Shown here one piece after another: positions 50,154-59,476 of a stretch of 64,000 bases of DNA. A program made the translations under genes and the position numbers. Source of the stretch: a candidate division FCPU426 bacterium (GTDB lineage: Bacteria > Oederibacteriota > Muellerivitia > Muellerivitales > Muellerivitaceae). Within the stretch, counting starts at the first letter, position 1. The number at the start of each line of letters is the position of its first letter. Below the pieces are notes generated by a model. It did not search any database. It worked only from the letters and a program-made list of their open reading frames with translations, and was not told the origin of the DNA. The stretch lies in NCBI GenBank assembly GCA_963796105.1, contig CAWCKJ010000004.1, forward strand, positions 896,001 to 960,000, read 5' to 3'.

Positions 50154-52313
50154 TCAGGGTTTAATTTTCCCGAAAGCCGTGGCGGGAACCACCTCCCAGG
50201 TTTTATCCTCCGGCTTTATCCAAACCAAATGAACCGCAAGGGACGAGCCTTGGTCCTTCTCGATTTCCAGTTGGAGGGGGTGGGGACCTGCCCGAAGTGG
50301 TACGGGTTTCTCCAGTGGGACGGGTGTTTTATCCAAGGTTAATTTGGCCCTGTCCGTTGTCAAGACCTGGAAGGAGTAGCTCCCCTTGCGGGGAATCATC
50401 AAGCTACCGGTCCATCTAATCCTGAAAGGGGGGCCGGCCGTGAAGGGGAATTCCCATTTGGTGCTGAAATTCAACAAGGGATCCCAGCGCGCCAGCAAGG
50501 GCCTGGATTTCCAACGGCCCGATTGGATGTAAACGCCCCTCAAGCCCCGGTTCCAAGCGCGGTACTTGGAGAAAGTTTCCTTCGCGACCGCGTCAACGTA
50601 AACCAGGGCGCGGTCTTCGTTGTCCCTGAGCCCAGTTTTTTGCCCCATGGGAAACAATTGCGAGAGGAAGTCCAGGGTTCCGGCTTTCCCCTCCCCTAGG
50701 ATGAAGATCGAGTCCTTATCGCGGGGAAGGCGCCCCTGGGACAGGGCCGTCAAATTGAAAGGGGACATGGCCTTCCGGGTCTGGTAGCCCAGGAAGTCAA
50801 CCGTATGGTTTTTGAAATAAAAGGGCTCGATATAGTAATAAAAATCACCGGGCGCGTGGCGTTCCAAATCCTCCAAGGTCCGGCCGATATAAGTCTGCTC
50901 CACCCCGAAACTTCTCCAGCATTCCTCGTTCCCGGCCTGGTCCACGAAATAGGTCCTGGCGTTTTGCGAGGCGATCAATCCCAATAGCACATATAGAAGA
51001 ACCGCGGGGAATCTGGAGGCCTTGAAAGCCCCGGCCCTTTGCCACAAAAAATCAAGCGCGCTTCCGCCGAAAAAGGCCACGAAAGGCGTCAAGGCCACCA
51101 GGCGGTTGGAGTGGGAAACGTCGGTGGAAAGGAGTCCGGGAAGGGACATGACCCAAAATCCCCAAAGCGGATAAAAGCCCGAGGGTTCTCTCCTTTTACG
51201 CCAAAGAAGGGCCATCCCTAGGATAAAAAGAATGGCGGTGGAATCGTCCAGCATCCGGTGGCCGGGAATGTTATGGCGGGGGTTCCGGTCGCCGGAACGG
51301 TTGAACATCAAGGCGGTTCCGGTCCAAACATCCCAAAGGGGCTCCAGGCTTCTCTGCCGCAGGATTTCGGTGCCGATGAACAGCTCCTTTTCCCTGTGCC
51401 CGATGTTCCCCCGGCTCCACATGCAGGCCAGAAGCGGCGCGGTCATGACCAGGACCAGGAGGAAATAAAGCAGGATGGGACGAAGCAAATCCTTCCTTTT
51501 CCGGATGATCAGCTCATAAAGCGAAAAAACCACCATGAGGAGAGGCACAATTTTGAATGCCTGGTAAGTATAGAAACCGGCGCTGACGAACAGGGCCGAG
51601 AGAATGAAGGCCCATTTCTTCCCGCTTTGAATCCAGAAGCACCAAAAAGCCATGGCGCCGAAGAGGTAAAAAGGGACCTGGAGGCTGGGGTAGCCGTTGC
51701 GGGTCTCGATCCAATTCCAGCGCATGACCGCCAGGAGGAACAGGGAGAATAAAGCCGTCCGCTGGCCGGCCCACTGGCGGAGAGCCCAGTAAATGAGGGG
51801 GAAGGATGCAAGGGAAAGGAGGATGAAAAAGAGGTGGAAGGTGAAATAGGAGGACCCCGCGATCCCGAACCATCCCGCCAATTGGTAAAAGAGAAGGATC
51901 TCGGGAACCTCGTAGTCCAGCAATTCCCCGAAGGGACGCCAGCCCTCGCGCAGGATGCGCAAGGCGCAAAGTCCCGTCAAACCCTGGTCGGTATGCATGC
52001 CCGAGGGCATGGAATCCAGGCGGTAGATCCGCAGGAAAAAGCCCAAGCCCAGGACCAGAGCTCCCAGCAGGATCTCGATCTTGAGGGGCAGGGGGTTTGG
52101 GCTTGCGGTTGATGCGGAAGAAAGGCTCCCCAGTTTCCAAAGGGCCAGCCCGTAAAACAACAGGCCTGGCCAAAGGGTCAGGGGATTCTCGGCGAGAGAG
52201 AGAAAAGCCTGGCCCACGACGGCTAGGAGAAGAACCGGAAAAACGGGCATAAAAGGCGAAACGGATGGAGCGGGCGATCTTACCGAAAGTTTAAATAACC
52301 GGAATAAAACCAA
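50154..52313 (-). CDS. GT39-like membrane glycosyltransferase with C-terminal PA14-like domain
   Basis: LRIYRL...P.G..TDQ, GFYTY.A, GDRNPRHN; tail GLRGVY...FRIRWTGSL..P..GSYSF. Confidence 0.75.
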   Translation of the reverse strand: MVLFRLFKLSVRSPAPSVSPFMPVFPVLLLAVVGQAFLSLAENPLTLWPGLLFYGLALWKLGSLSSASTASPNPLPLKIEILLGALVLGLGFFLRIYRLDSMPSGMHTDQGLTGLCALRILREGWRPFGELLDYEVPEILLFYQLAGWFGIAGSSYFTFHLFFILLSLASFPLIYWALRQWAGQRTALFSLFLLAVMRWNWIETRNGYPSLQVPFYLFGAMAFWCFWIQSGKKWAFILSALFVSAGFYTYQAFKIVPLLMVVFSLYELIIRKRKDLLRPILLYFLLVLVMTAPLLACMWSRGNIGHREKELFIGTEILRQRSLEPLWDVWTGTALMFNRSGDRNPRHNIPGHRMLDDSTAILFILGMALLWRKRREPSGFYPLWGFWVMSLPGLLSTDVSHSNRLVALTPFVAFFGGSALDFLWQRAGAFKASRFPAVLLYVLLGLIASQNARTYFVDQAGNEECWRSFGVEQTYIGRTLEDLERHAPGDFYYYIEPFYFKNHTVDFLGYQTRKAMSPFNLTALSQGRLPRDKDSIFILGEGKAGTLDFLSQLFPMGQKTGLRDNEDRALVYVDAVAKETFSKYRAWNRGLRGVYIQSGRWKSRPLLARWDPLLNFSTKWEFPFTAGPPFRIRWTGSLMIPRKGSYSFQVLTTDRAKLTLDKTPVPLEKPVPLRAGPHPLQLEIEKDQGSSLAVHLVWIKPEDKTWEVVPATAFGKIKP

Positions 52314-52462
52314 AACGGACTCCTCTCGGTTTTTAAGGATATAACCGAAGCATCATACCCGAAAAACCAGATGATGAACGTTGACGATGCGGAAAGGGCT
52401 GAATAGGATAGCTTCGCTGCGGTTGCAGCGGCTTAAAATCAAATTATCCCCATCAGGCCAAC

Positions 52463-52849
52463 ATGCTGTCACGAAAAAACTTTCTTTCACCCTCCCTTTC
52501 ATCAGGTTCTTTTTATTCGGCCACATTCGTACCGGCGCTCTTGGCTTGGGCGATATTGGCGGTCTATCAGCCTGTCCTGTCCTTGAATCCGTTAAGCGGC
52601 GTCTCTCCTTGGCCCTTATCCATCGCCGCTGATTTGGTTTTTCTTTTCGTGGTGATGAACCTCTTCGTTTCCTCATTTCTCTCCCCCGATTATTCCATGG
52701 TTTTCCGCTTGTTTCTCGCCGGGATGGCGGGACTGGCTTTTTACGAGGGGCTTCTGGGAGCGCTGGATTCAGCGTTTGGCCAGCTCTTTTGGGGATGGAC
52801 CTTGGCCGGCTTCCACCACCTTTTATTCCAAAAGGGGAGGCAGGTTTGA
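52463..52849 (+). CDS. Small membrane protein heading the Mrp-like operon
   Basis: Hydrophobic 128-aa ORF whose stop overlaps the next start (TTGA). Confidence 0.5.
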   Translation: MLSRKNFLSPSLSSGSFYSATFVPALLAWAILAVYQPVLSLNPLSGVSPWPLSIAADLVFLFVVMNLFVSSFLSPDYSMVFRLFLAGMAGLAFYEGLLGALDSAFGQLFWGWTLAGFHHLLFQKGRQV

Positions 52850-53385
52850 GAAGGGCTTCCTGGGTATTCACGGCTCTTTTAGGCGCGGTGATGTTATACG
52901 CCTGCGCCCAGCTTCCTGGGACCTTGGACCCCTCATCCCCATTGGCCTCCCACGTGACCAACCGTTTCCTGGAAAGGGCCGCCCAGGAAACAGGCTGGCC
53001 GCATCCTGTCCCGGCGATCTTATGTGATTACCGTGGATTCGACCTTTTCGTTTTAGCCGTCTTTTTCCTCGGCGTGGTTTGGTTGAACCTTCTCCTGGGC
53101 TTGGAAGAGGACTCCCATCTTTCCTTGCGGGGAAGAAACGGGAAAGCCATGCTGCTGGGCCTTCTAGGTTCGGGGATCGGATTATTCCTGGGGATGTACA
53201 GCCTTTGGAAAGGATACAATTTCCTGGATTTTGACCCGTTGGCGTTCTTGTTCAAACCAGCCCTGGCCCGTAGGGCCGGGTCCGCTTTATTAGGACTGGG
53301 AGCCTTCCTGGCCTTGGCGGGAGTCCTGCTTTCTTTCCCCCGCAAACCGGCTCCCAGGAAGAAGGAGGAAACCCATGACCATTGA
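52846..53385 (+). CDS. MnhB/MrpB-like subunit
   Basis: V.AILCDYRGFD motif, TM segments, NFLD; GGGGAGG upstream of TTG. Confidence 0.7.
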   Translation: MRRASWVFTALLGAVMLYACAQLPGTLDPSSPLASHVTNRFLERAAQETGWPHPVPAILCDYRGFDLFVLAVFFLGVVWLNLLLGLEEDSHLSLRGRNGKAMLLGLLGSGIGLFLGMYSLWKGYNFLDFDPLAFLFKPALARRAGSALLGLGAFLALAGVLLSFPRKPAPRKKEETHDH

Positions 53386-53716
53386 ATGGGAATTTTTTTT
53401 CCACTACGCCTTACTTGCCTTCCTCTGCCTGGTGGGATTCCATGGTCTTTTTTTCCATGAGAACCTGCTGAAAAAAGTCCTATCGCTGGCTCTTTTCCAG
53501 TCTGGAGTGATCCTACTGCTTTTATCCCTGGCGGATGTCCGGCAAAAAGCAGGTATTTCCCCCGCCGAATTGAATCCCCTGGGCCATGCCTGGGCCCTCC
53601 TGCTGGTGTTTTCTTTCGTCGGGATCACCTTGGCGCTCTTGGTTTTTTGCGCGGCTTTTTACCGGAAATACGGGTCACTTGAGCCAGCCGAAATCGATAA
53701 ACGGAACCCGCTTTGA
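53375..53716 (+). CDS. MnhC/MrpC-like subunit
   Basis: G.HGL...NLLKKV.SL..FQSGV, NPL.HA..L, KYGSL. Confidence 0.8.
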   Translation: MTIEWEFFFHYALLAFLCLVGFHGLFFHENLLKKVLSLALFQSGVILLLLSLADVRQKAGISPAELNPLGHAWALLLVFSFVGITLALLVFCAAFYRKYGSLEPAEIDKRNPL

Positions 53717-55224
53717 AAGAACACCTGCCTATCCTCATTCTTCTTACGCCCCTAATGGGAGCGTTTCTTTGCGCCGCGTCCTCTTTTTTCCCCGGCAGGT
53801 TCACCCGGATTTTTGCCGCGCTCTCCCTCGTACTCGGGCTGGTTTTGACGATGGTCAGTTTCCGCGCCTTGCTTTCAACCGGAATCTGGCGGTATGAAAT
53901 GGGCGGCTGGCCCCCGCCCTGGGGCATTGAAATCGTCCTGACCCCCTATACGGCCTTCCTGGCTTGCGTTTTACTGGCGCTGTCCCTGGCGGTCCTGGTT
54001 TACCTGGGCGGTTTGCGCTGGACGGCTCCAGGGGGAGTTTGGGGGGAAAACCTCGCGTATTCTTTTCTTCTTTTGATGACCACGGCGGCATTGGCGCTTC
54101 TATTCACGAGGGATACGGTCAATTTCTTCCTATTCCTGGAGGTATTCCTGGCCGCGGGAGCCGGCCTCCTGGCCTCCCTGGGCGAGAAAGCCTGGCTGGC
54201 GGCTTTTTATCTTTTTTTCTGGGGGTCCGCCGGGGCGGCCCTGTACCTCGCGGGCATCGTGTTTCTTTACGCTGGCACCGCCACGGCGAACCTGGATGAT
54301 ATCCTCGCCCAGCTATTCATCTCCAAGAATTTCCCGGTGGCCCTGACAGGCTGTTTTTTCCTGGGACTGGGTTTTATTTATCCCCTGGTTTTTCCCGCGC
54401 CTTTCTTTTTCCAAAAAACCTTGAATCGGATCCCGGCTTTTCTTCTGGGTTTCTTTTCCTCGGTCCTTCCCAGGCTGGCGGCGGTTTTATTATTTAGTTT
54501 TTATTTTTTCATGCTGGACATCCCCGGAATGATGGTTCCCCCTTGGATCGGAGCCCTGGGTTACCTGGTTTCCCTGGCGTTCCTGACAGGCTTTTTCTTC
54601 GCGTCCAGGCAGAAAGACTATTTGCCCACGCTGGGTTTCCTGAGCGCGGCCCAAATGGGTTTTCTTTTCCTGGGATTCCACCTGGGAACCAAGAGCGCCT
54701 TGACCGGATCCCTTTTGGAGATCCTCAGCCAGGTCTTGACCGTGGCCGGGTTGTTTTTCATCGGGCAGAATTTGCGGGAGGATGCCGGCATCCTCTCCCT
54801 GACCCGGCTGGCTGGCATGGCCCGGCAGAAGCCCCTGGTGGGATTGGCGCTGGTGATTTTCGCCGCCTCCATCGTGGGGGTTCCCCCCACCGGGGGATTT
54901 TTCGGCAAGTGGTTCCTGGTCCAGGGGGCGATGGAAAAACACGATTGGCTGTCCTTGGCCACCCTGGCGGCGGTGACGGCTTTTAATTTCCTGTTTTTCG
55001 CCCGCTTGACCCGCCTGATCTACGAGCACCGCCCGGATTATCCGGCGCTGCCCTCCACGCCCCTGAAATCCAGGCTGCCGGTGTGGCTGTTGGCCGCCGC
55101 CATCCTTCTTTTGGGAATTTTCCACGAGGGGTTGATCCACCAGTTCGTCGAGCCTGCCCTGCCCAAGGCCTTCCAGAACCTGCCCGTGCCCAACGTGCCT
55201 TTCCTGGGCAAGGAAGTGGAGTAA
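53713..55224 (+). CDS. MnhD/MrpD-like antiporter subunit (divergent)
   Basis: Y.MGGWPPPWGIE, D..NFFLFLE, TATANL, S.VGVPPTGGFFGKW. Confidence 0.8.
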   Translation: MKEHLPILILLTPLMGAFLCAASSFFPGRFTRIFAALSLVLGLVLTMVSFRALLSTGIWRYEMGGWPPPWGIEIVLTPYTAFLACVLLALSLAVLVYLGGLRWTAPGGVWGENLAYSFLLLMTTAALALLFTRDTVNFFLFLEVFLAAGAGLLASLGEKAWLAAFYLFFWGSAGAALYLAGIVFLYAGTATANLDDILAQLFISKNFPVALTGCFFLGLGFIYPLVFPAPFFFQKTLNRIPAFLLGFFSSVLPRLAAVLLFSFYFFMLDIPGMMVPPWIGALGYLVSLAFLTGFFFASRQKDYLPTLGFLSAAQMGFLFLGFHLGTKSALTGSLLEILSQVLTVAGLFFIGQNLREDAGILSLTRLAGMARQKPLVGLALVIFAASIVGVPPTGGFFGKWFLVQGAMEKHDWLSLATLAAVTAFNFLFFARLTRLIYEHRPDYPALPSTPLKSRLPVWLLAAAILLLGIFHEGLIHQFVEPALPKAFQNLPVPNVPFLGKEVE

Positions 55225-55416
55225 AAGACTAAAAAATTCTAAATCCAACACAGGTTCTTTCTGAACCACAAAGACACAGTTGTAAAAAGTCTGAAAATTA
55301 ACAGGTTATAGGCGTCAACGACTCTTCGCTATGAGGCAAAGAGTACTGTACGGCGCGAAGCGACAAAGTGGTAAAGCTTTAAGTAAAACTTTGATGGCCG
55401 CTGAACCTGCGGCTCT

Positions 55417-56553
55417 CTACGGTCTTGCTGGCCGGCCCCATTTATTCCGGAAATAGAGGTTGGCGGGCATTTCGAAGTAACGGAAAGACAAATAGGCCAA
55501 ACCAGTCACCGCGCAGGCGAAAATAAGATAAGCCAGACACTCGTTTGTTCCCTCCAAGACAGGCCAAAGGAAAAAGAGAACCAAGGGGTGAAGCAGGTAT
55601 CCGCCGTAGCTTAATTTGCCCGGGAAGCAAACCCATCCCCAGCCTTTGGAATTGAAGAAGTCCAGATGGATCCCCCCAAGCATGAAAAAGAAGGCCCCGA
55701 ATCCCATGCAGGTGAGACCGTAGGTGTGGTTCCAGAAATCCGCCCTGAAATCGTAATGAAAATAATTGAGCAGGAACAAGGCCAACCCCGCGAGGCAGAA
55801 ATACAGGCTTTCAGCCTTGTGGTTCTTGAGATAGGCTCCCAGGCGCTCAGAAGCGATATAAAGAAGGCAGCCCATGGCGATCCAGCTGTAGGGCAGGATG
55901 GGGGATGTGTCCAACCAGGGCCGGCTAGGCGAAACCAGGAGCTGAGTAATGTTGAAAAAAGGCGGAAAAAACACGAGGCTCGCCAGAAAGAAAACTAACT
56001 TTCTAACATCTCCCAGTTGCCTCAAGAGAATGGGATATAAAAGGTAGAACTGTTCCTCCACCGACAAACTCCAAAGCACGTCCCAGTGCAATCCGTAACT
56101 GGGGGTGGTATGGAAATGCACAGTGCGGTACCAATTGAACCAAAAAGTAGAGATTGAGAGCCAAAAAGAGGGGGTCAAAGGGACATGTGGATTCGTCATG
56201 CAGTTTTCAAAAGCCTTGGAAGCGGCGTGCGGGATTGAAAGCGCGATAATCCCGGCAAGGATGGAAAGTGAGAGAAGCGGGACAATCCGGCCGAAACGCC
56301 GGACGTAAAAATCCCTGAAGTCAGGCTGAAATAATCCTCCCGGATTGGACGCGATCAACCTGGTGATGACGAAGCCCGAAACCACGAAAAAAACACTTAC
56401 CCCCAGGGCGCCGTTGTACCAAAGCTTCCACCAAATAAACGCGAGAATATCGGATGAGAAAGGGTGGGTGATGAACCGCTGGCCCAAGTGGACGCTTAAA
56501 ACCGACAGGATCGCGAAGGAACGGGCCACGTCGATGACGGCTATTCTTTTCAT
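55417..56553 (-). CDS. Acyltransferase family 3 (OafA-like)
   Basis: ID..RSFA, GVSVFFVVSGFVI, RRFGRIVP, WSLSVEEQFY, SYGGYL.H, SFRYFE.P. Confidence 0.92.
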   Translation of the reverse strand: MKRIAVIDVARSFAILSVLSVHLGQRFITHPFSSDILAFIWWKLWYNGALGVSVFFVVSGFVITRLIASNPGGLFQPDFRDFYVRRFGRIVPLLSLSILAGIIALSIPHAASKAFENCMTNPHVPLTPSFWLSISTFWFNWYRTVHFHTTPSYGLHWDVLWSLSVEEQFYLLYPILLRQLGDVRKLVFFLASLVFFPPFFNITQLLVSPSRPWLDTSPILPYSWIAMGCLLYIASERLGAYLKNHKAESLYFCLAGLALFLLNYFHYDFRADFWNHTYGLTCMGFGAFFFMLGGIHLDFFNSKGWGWVCFPGKLSYGGYLLHPLVLFFLWPVLEGTNECLAYLIFACAVTGLAYLSFRYFEMPANLYFRNKWGRPARP

Positions 56554-56747
56554 GAATCGGGACTTCCTGGAAAATAATTTGCGAGTAAAACTCGAGTTTT
56601 GAAACCGCTTTATTTTAGCAATTTGTAACTCGAATAGGCGAAGTGTCAGGCCAGATTCGGCCCATGAATCCCGGAATAACCTCCGGCCGCTCGATGGGAG
56701 TTATAATGATTGAGGCTAAAAGATGATCCTTACCCAAGGCGGGCTTC

Positions 56748-59204
56748 TTGAAGTTCAAATTACTAAGGTTTTTCAAACGGATAGCCCCCCTGTTTTTGAT
56801 GGGATCGTCAGGGACTGTTTATTCCGGGGTTTGTCCTAACATCATCGTCGACCAGTTCGGGTACCAAACCGCCGCGCCCAAGCTCGTCATCTTCTCCCAG
56901 CCAGTCTCTGGCATCGGAAGTCCTTCCACTTTCACCCCGGGGCCGGCCTTCAACCTCATCAACGCCTCCGCCGGCGCCACGGTTTTTACCGGAAGCGTCT
57001 CCCAATGGGGCGCTGGGGGAGTGCACACCCAATCGGGGGACATGGCTTGGCAGGGGGATTTTTCAACCTACACCACTCCCGGCTTTTACTATATCCAAGT
57101 TCCCGGGGGGTCCAATCCGGGAAGCCAGTCCTATCATTTCCAAATCAACGACGCCGTATACAACGGCGTAGTGACAGCCTCCCAGCGGATGTTTTTCTAC
57201 CAACGCTGCGGGGGGGATATAACCCCTGCCAACGGGGGAAGCTGGAACCACGCCGCTTGCCACGAGGGGGAGGGCCAGGACCTTTCAGCGGACCTTTGGG
57301 ACAACAACGCGGACCAAGGCGCTGGAACGACGCTGAACGTCCACGGCGGATGGCATGACGCGGGGGATTACGGCAAATATGTCACCTTCGCCCACAGCAC
57401 ACTCTGGTACCTTCTGCACTCGGTGGAATGGTTTCCCGCGGGCTACACGGACAACACCAACATCCCGGAATCGGGAAACGGGGTTCCGGACATGCTGGAC
57501 GAGGCGAAGTGGGAATTGGACTGGATGCTCCGCATGCAGCGCTCCGACGGGGCACTTTATTCCATGGTGGGTTACGGCCCCAACGGCAGTAATAACCAAG
57601 GAAATCCCGCCAACGACACCATTCAGCGCTTCTACACCAACGTTTCCACCACCGCCACGGCCACGGGCGCCATGGCCTTCGCCCTCGGCTCGCGCGTATT
57701 CAAGAATTATCCACCCTGCGCCTCCTACGCCGTGACCTTGAAAAACGCGGCTGTTTCGGCCTGGGGATACCTGGCGGCCAACCCCAACCCTGTCACGTTC
57801 AATTCCACGGGCATCTCCAGCGCCAACGCGAACCAGGGGCCGGGGTGGGACGCTGAAGCGAGGGTTGGCGCCGCGGCGGAACTTTTCGCCCTGACGGGAA
57901 ACACCGCCTATCAGGCCTATTTCGACAGCTATTACAACTCGGCCTCGGTGACGGATAGCGGGGGATTCCAGCCCGTTCACAATCCCCCCAGGCCCTACGG
58001 CGATTGGTTCGATCCAAGCCTTTCGGAACCCCTCGAGCTGGGGATGATTTCCTACTGCCTGGCGCCGGGCGCCACCGCCGCCGTGGTTGCCTCCATTCAG
58101 AACGCCTTGACGAATGAAATCGAGTGGAACATCATGCCGAACAACCCCGGGACCAGCGCGAGCGGGGACCCCTATATGGGTTATATGTTTGACGGCCATT
58201 ACTGCTGGGGCTCCAACCAGATGAAGGCTTCCTGGGGGAACCAGCTTTTGTTCGCGGTGAAAATCGGCGCGAATCCTTCCCGGAACACCGCTTATACCAA
58301 CCAGGCCGAGGAGTACCTCCATTACTTTCACGGGCGCAATCCCTTGAACTGGGTTTACTTGACCAACATGGGACCCAAGGGCGCCAACCTGGGGGCCAGC
58401 CAGAGTGTCATGTCCATTTTCCATAGCTGGTTCTGGCAGGGAACGATTTACGACGGCAATACCGGCGTCTCCGCCATCGGGCCCGCGCCCGGCATCCTGC
58501 CGGGAGGGCCGAACCAATTTTACGTACCGGACGCGTCTTTCAACGGCACGATCTCGCCTCCCCAGAATGAGCCGGAAATGAAATCCTACAAGGATTGGGG
58601 AAATGGATGGCCGCAGGACGCCTGGGAAGTCACCGAGCCGGACCAAGGTTACCAGGGTCATTACCAGTTCTTGGTTTCGGCCTTCGCGGTTTCTGTTTCC
58701 TCGGCGGGAACCCCAAGCAAAACCATAACCCCGACACCTTCTTCCACCTTAACGCCCACGAGCACCCTGACTTCAACCACAACTATCACGCCTACTAATA
58801 TTCCGACCGCTACTCCGACTTTCACCAACACGCCCACTTCAACGCTTTCCCCAACACCGACGATGACCATGACCTTTACGCCCGCATTGACGAATACACC
58901 CACACCCACCAATACTTCCGGGCTTTCGATTGTGAGAGTATGGGATCCCTATCCCAATCCAGTACGGGGAGCCGGGCCTGTTACCTTCAACGTCCAAGGT
59001 CCACCGGGCGTCACCCTTACCTGGGGAGTTTTCACGACAGCCCTTAGAAAAATAAACGGCGGAACCAAGGTTGTTTCCGGAGATGGTTTTTTCACTTGGG
59101 CTTTGAGCGACAAGGATGGAAGGCCCGTCGCCAACGGGTTGTACTATTTTGCCGTTACTTCCCCCATAGGCCGGCAAATTTTCAAGATTTTAGTCCTGCC
59201 CTAA
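56748..59204 (+). CDS. Glycoside hydrolase family 9 with N-terminal Ig-like domain, Thr/Pro linker and C-terminal PYPNP domain
   Basis: VDQFGY, FFYQRCG, GGWHDAGDYGKY, IPESGNGVPD.LDE..WELDW, HG.NP, H..W, Y.D...W.VTE. Confidence 0.9.
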   Translation: MKFKLLRFFKRIAPLFLMGSSGTVYSGVCPNIIVDQFGYQTAAPKLVIFSQPVSGIGSPSTFTPGPAFNLINASAGATVFTGSVSQWGAGGVHTQSGDMAWQGDFSTYTTPGFYYIQVPGGSNPGSQSYHFQINDAVYNGVVTASQRMFFYQRCGGDITPANGGSWNHAACHEGEGQDLSADLWDNNADQGAGTTLNVHGGWHDAGDYGKYVTFAHSTLWYLLHSVEWFPAGYTDNTNIPESGNGVPDMLDEAKWELDWMLRMQRSDGALYSMVGYGPNGSNNQGNPANDTIQRFYTNVSTTATATGAMAFALGSRVFKNYPPCASYAVTLKNAAVSAWGYLAANPNPVTFNSTGISSANANQGPGWDAEARVGAAAELFALTGNTAYQAYFDSYYNSASVTDSGGFQPVHNPPRPYGDWFDPSLSEPLELGMISYCLAPGATAAVVASIQNALTNEIEWNIMPNNPGTSASGDPYMGYMFDGHYCWGSNQMKASWGNQLLFAVKIGANPSRNTAYTNQAEEYLHYFHGRNPLNWVYLTNMGPKGANLGASQSVMSIFHSWFWQGTIYDGNTGVSAIGPAPGILPGGPNQFYVPDASFNGTISPPQNEPEMKSYKDWGNGWPQDAWEVTEPDQGYQGHYQFLVSAFAVSVSSAGTPSKTITPTPSSTLTPTSTLTSTTTITPTNIPTATPTFTNTPTSTLSPTPTMTMTFTPALTNTPTPTNTSGLSIVRVWDPYPNPVRGAGPVTFNVQGPPGVTLTWGVFTTALRKINGGTKVVSGDGFFTWALSDKDGRPVANGLYYFAVTSPIGRQIFKILVLP

Positions 59205-59476
59205 ATAGCTCTTTCCTCAAACTCAAATACTCCATTAAATTTTCCCGAGAATTTACAAATCCGGTCTGAAAAAGCGTTTTATCTTTGATTATTTCCGAAG
59301 TTTTCCCGGTTTTTATCCGGTGGGGGTTGTATTTCTTTGGGGGGATGAGTGATAAAATTACATTCTCGGTAAATATCATTTGAAATGAAAACGTTTTTAT
59401 GCCCGTAAATACGGTTAATCTAAGAAATCTTAATTTGGAAAATTTGGCGTAACCGGTTACTGAATAATTGAAAACC

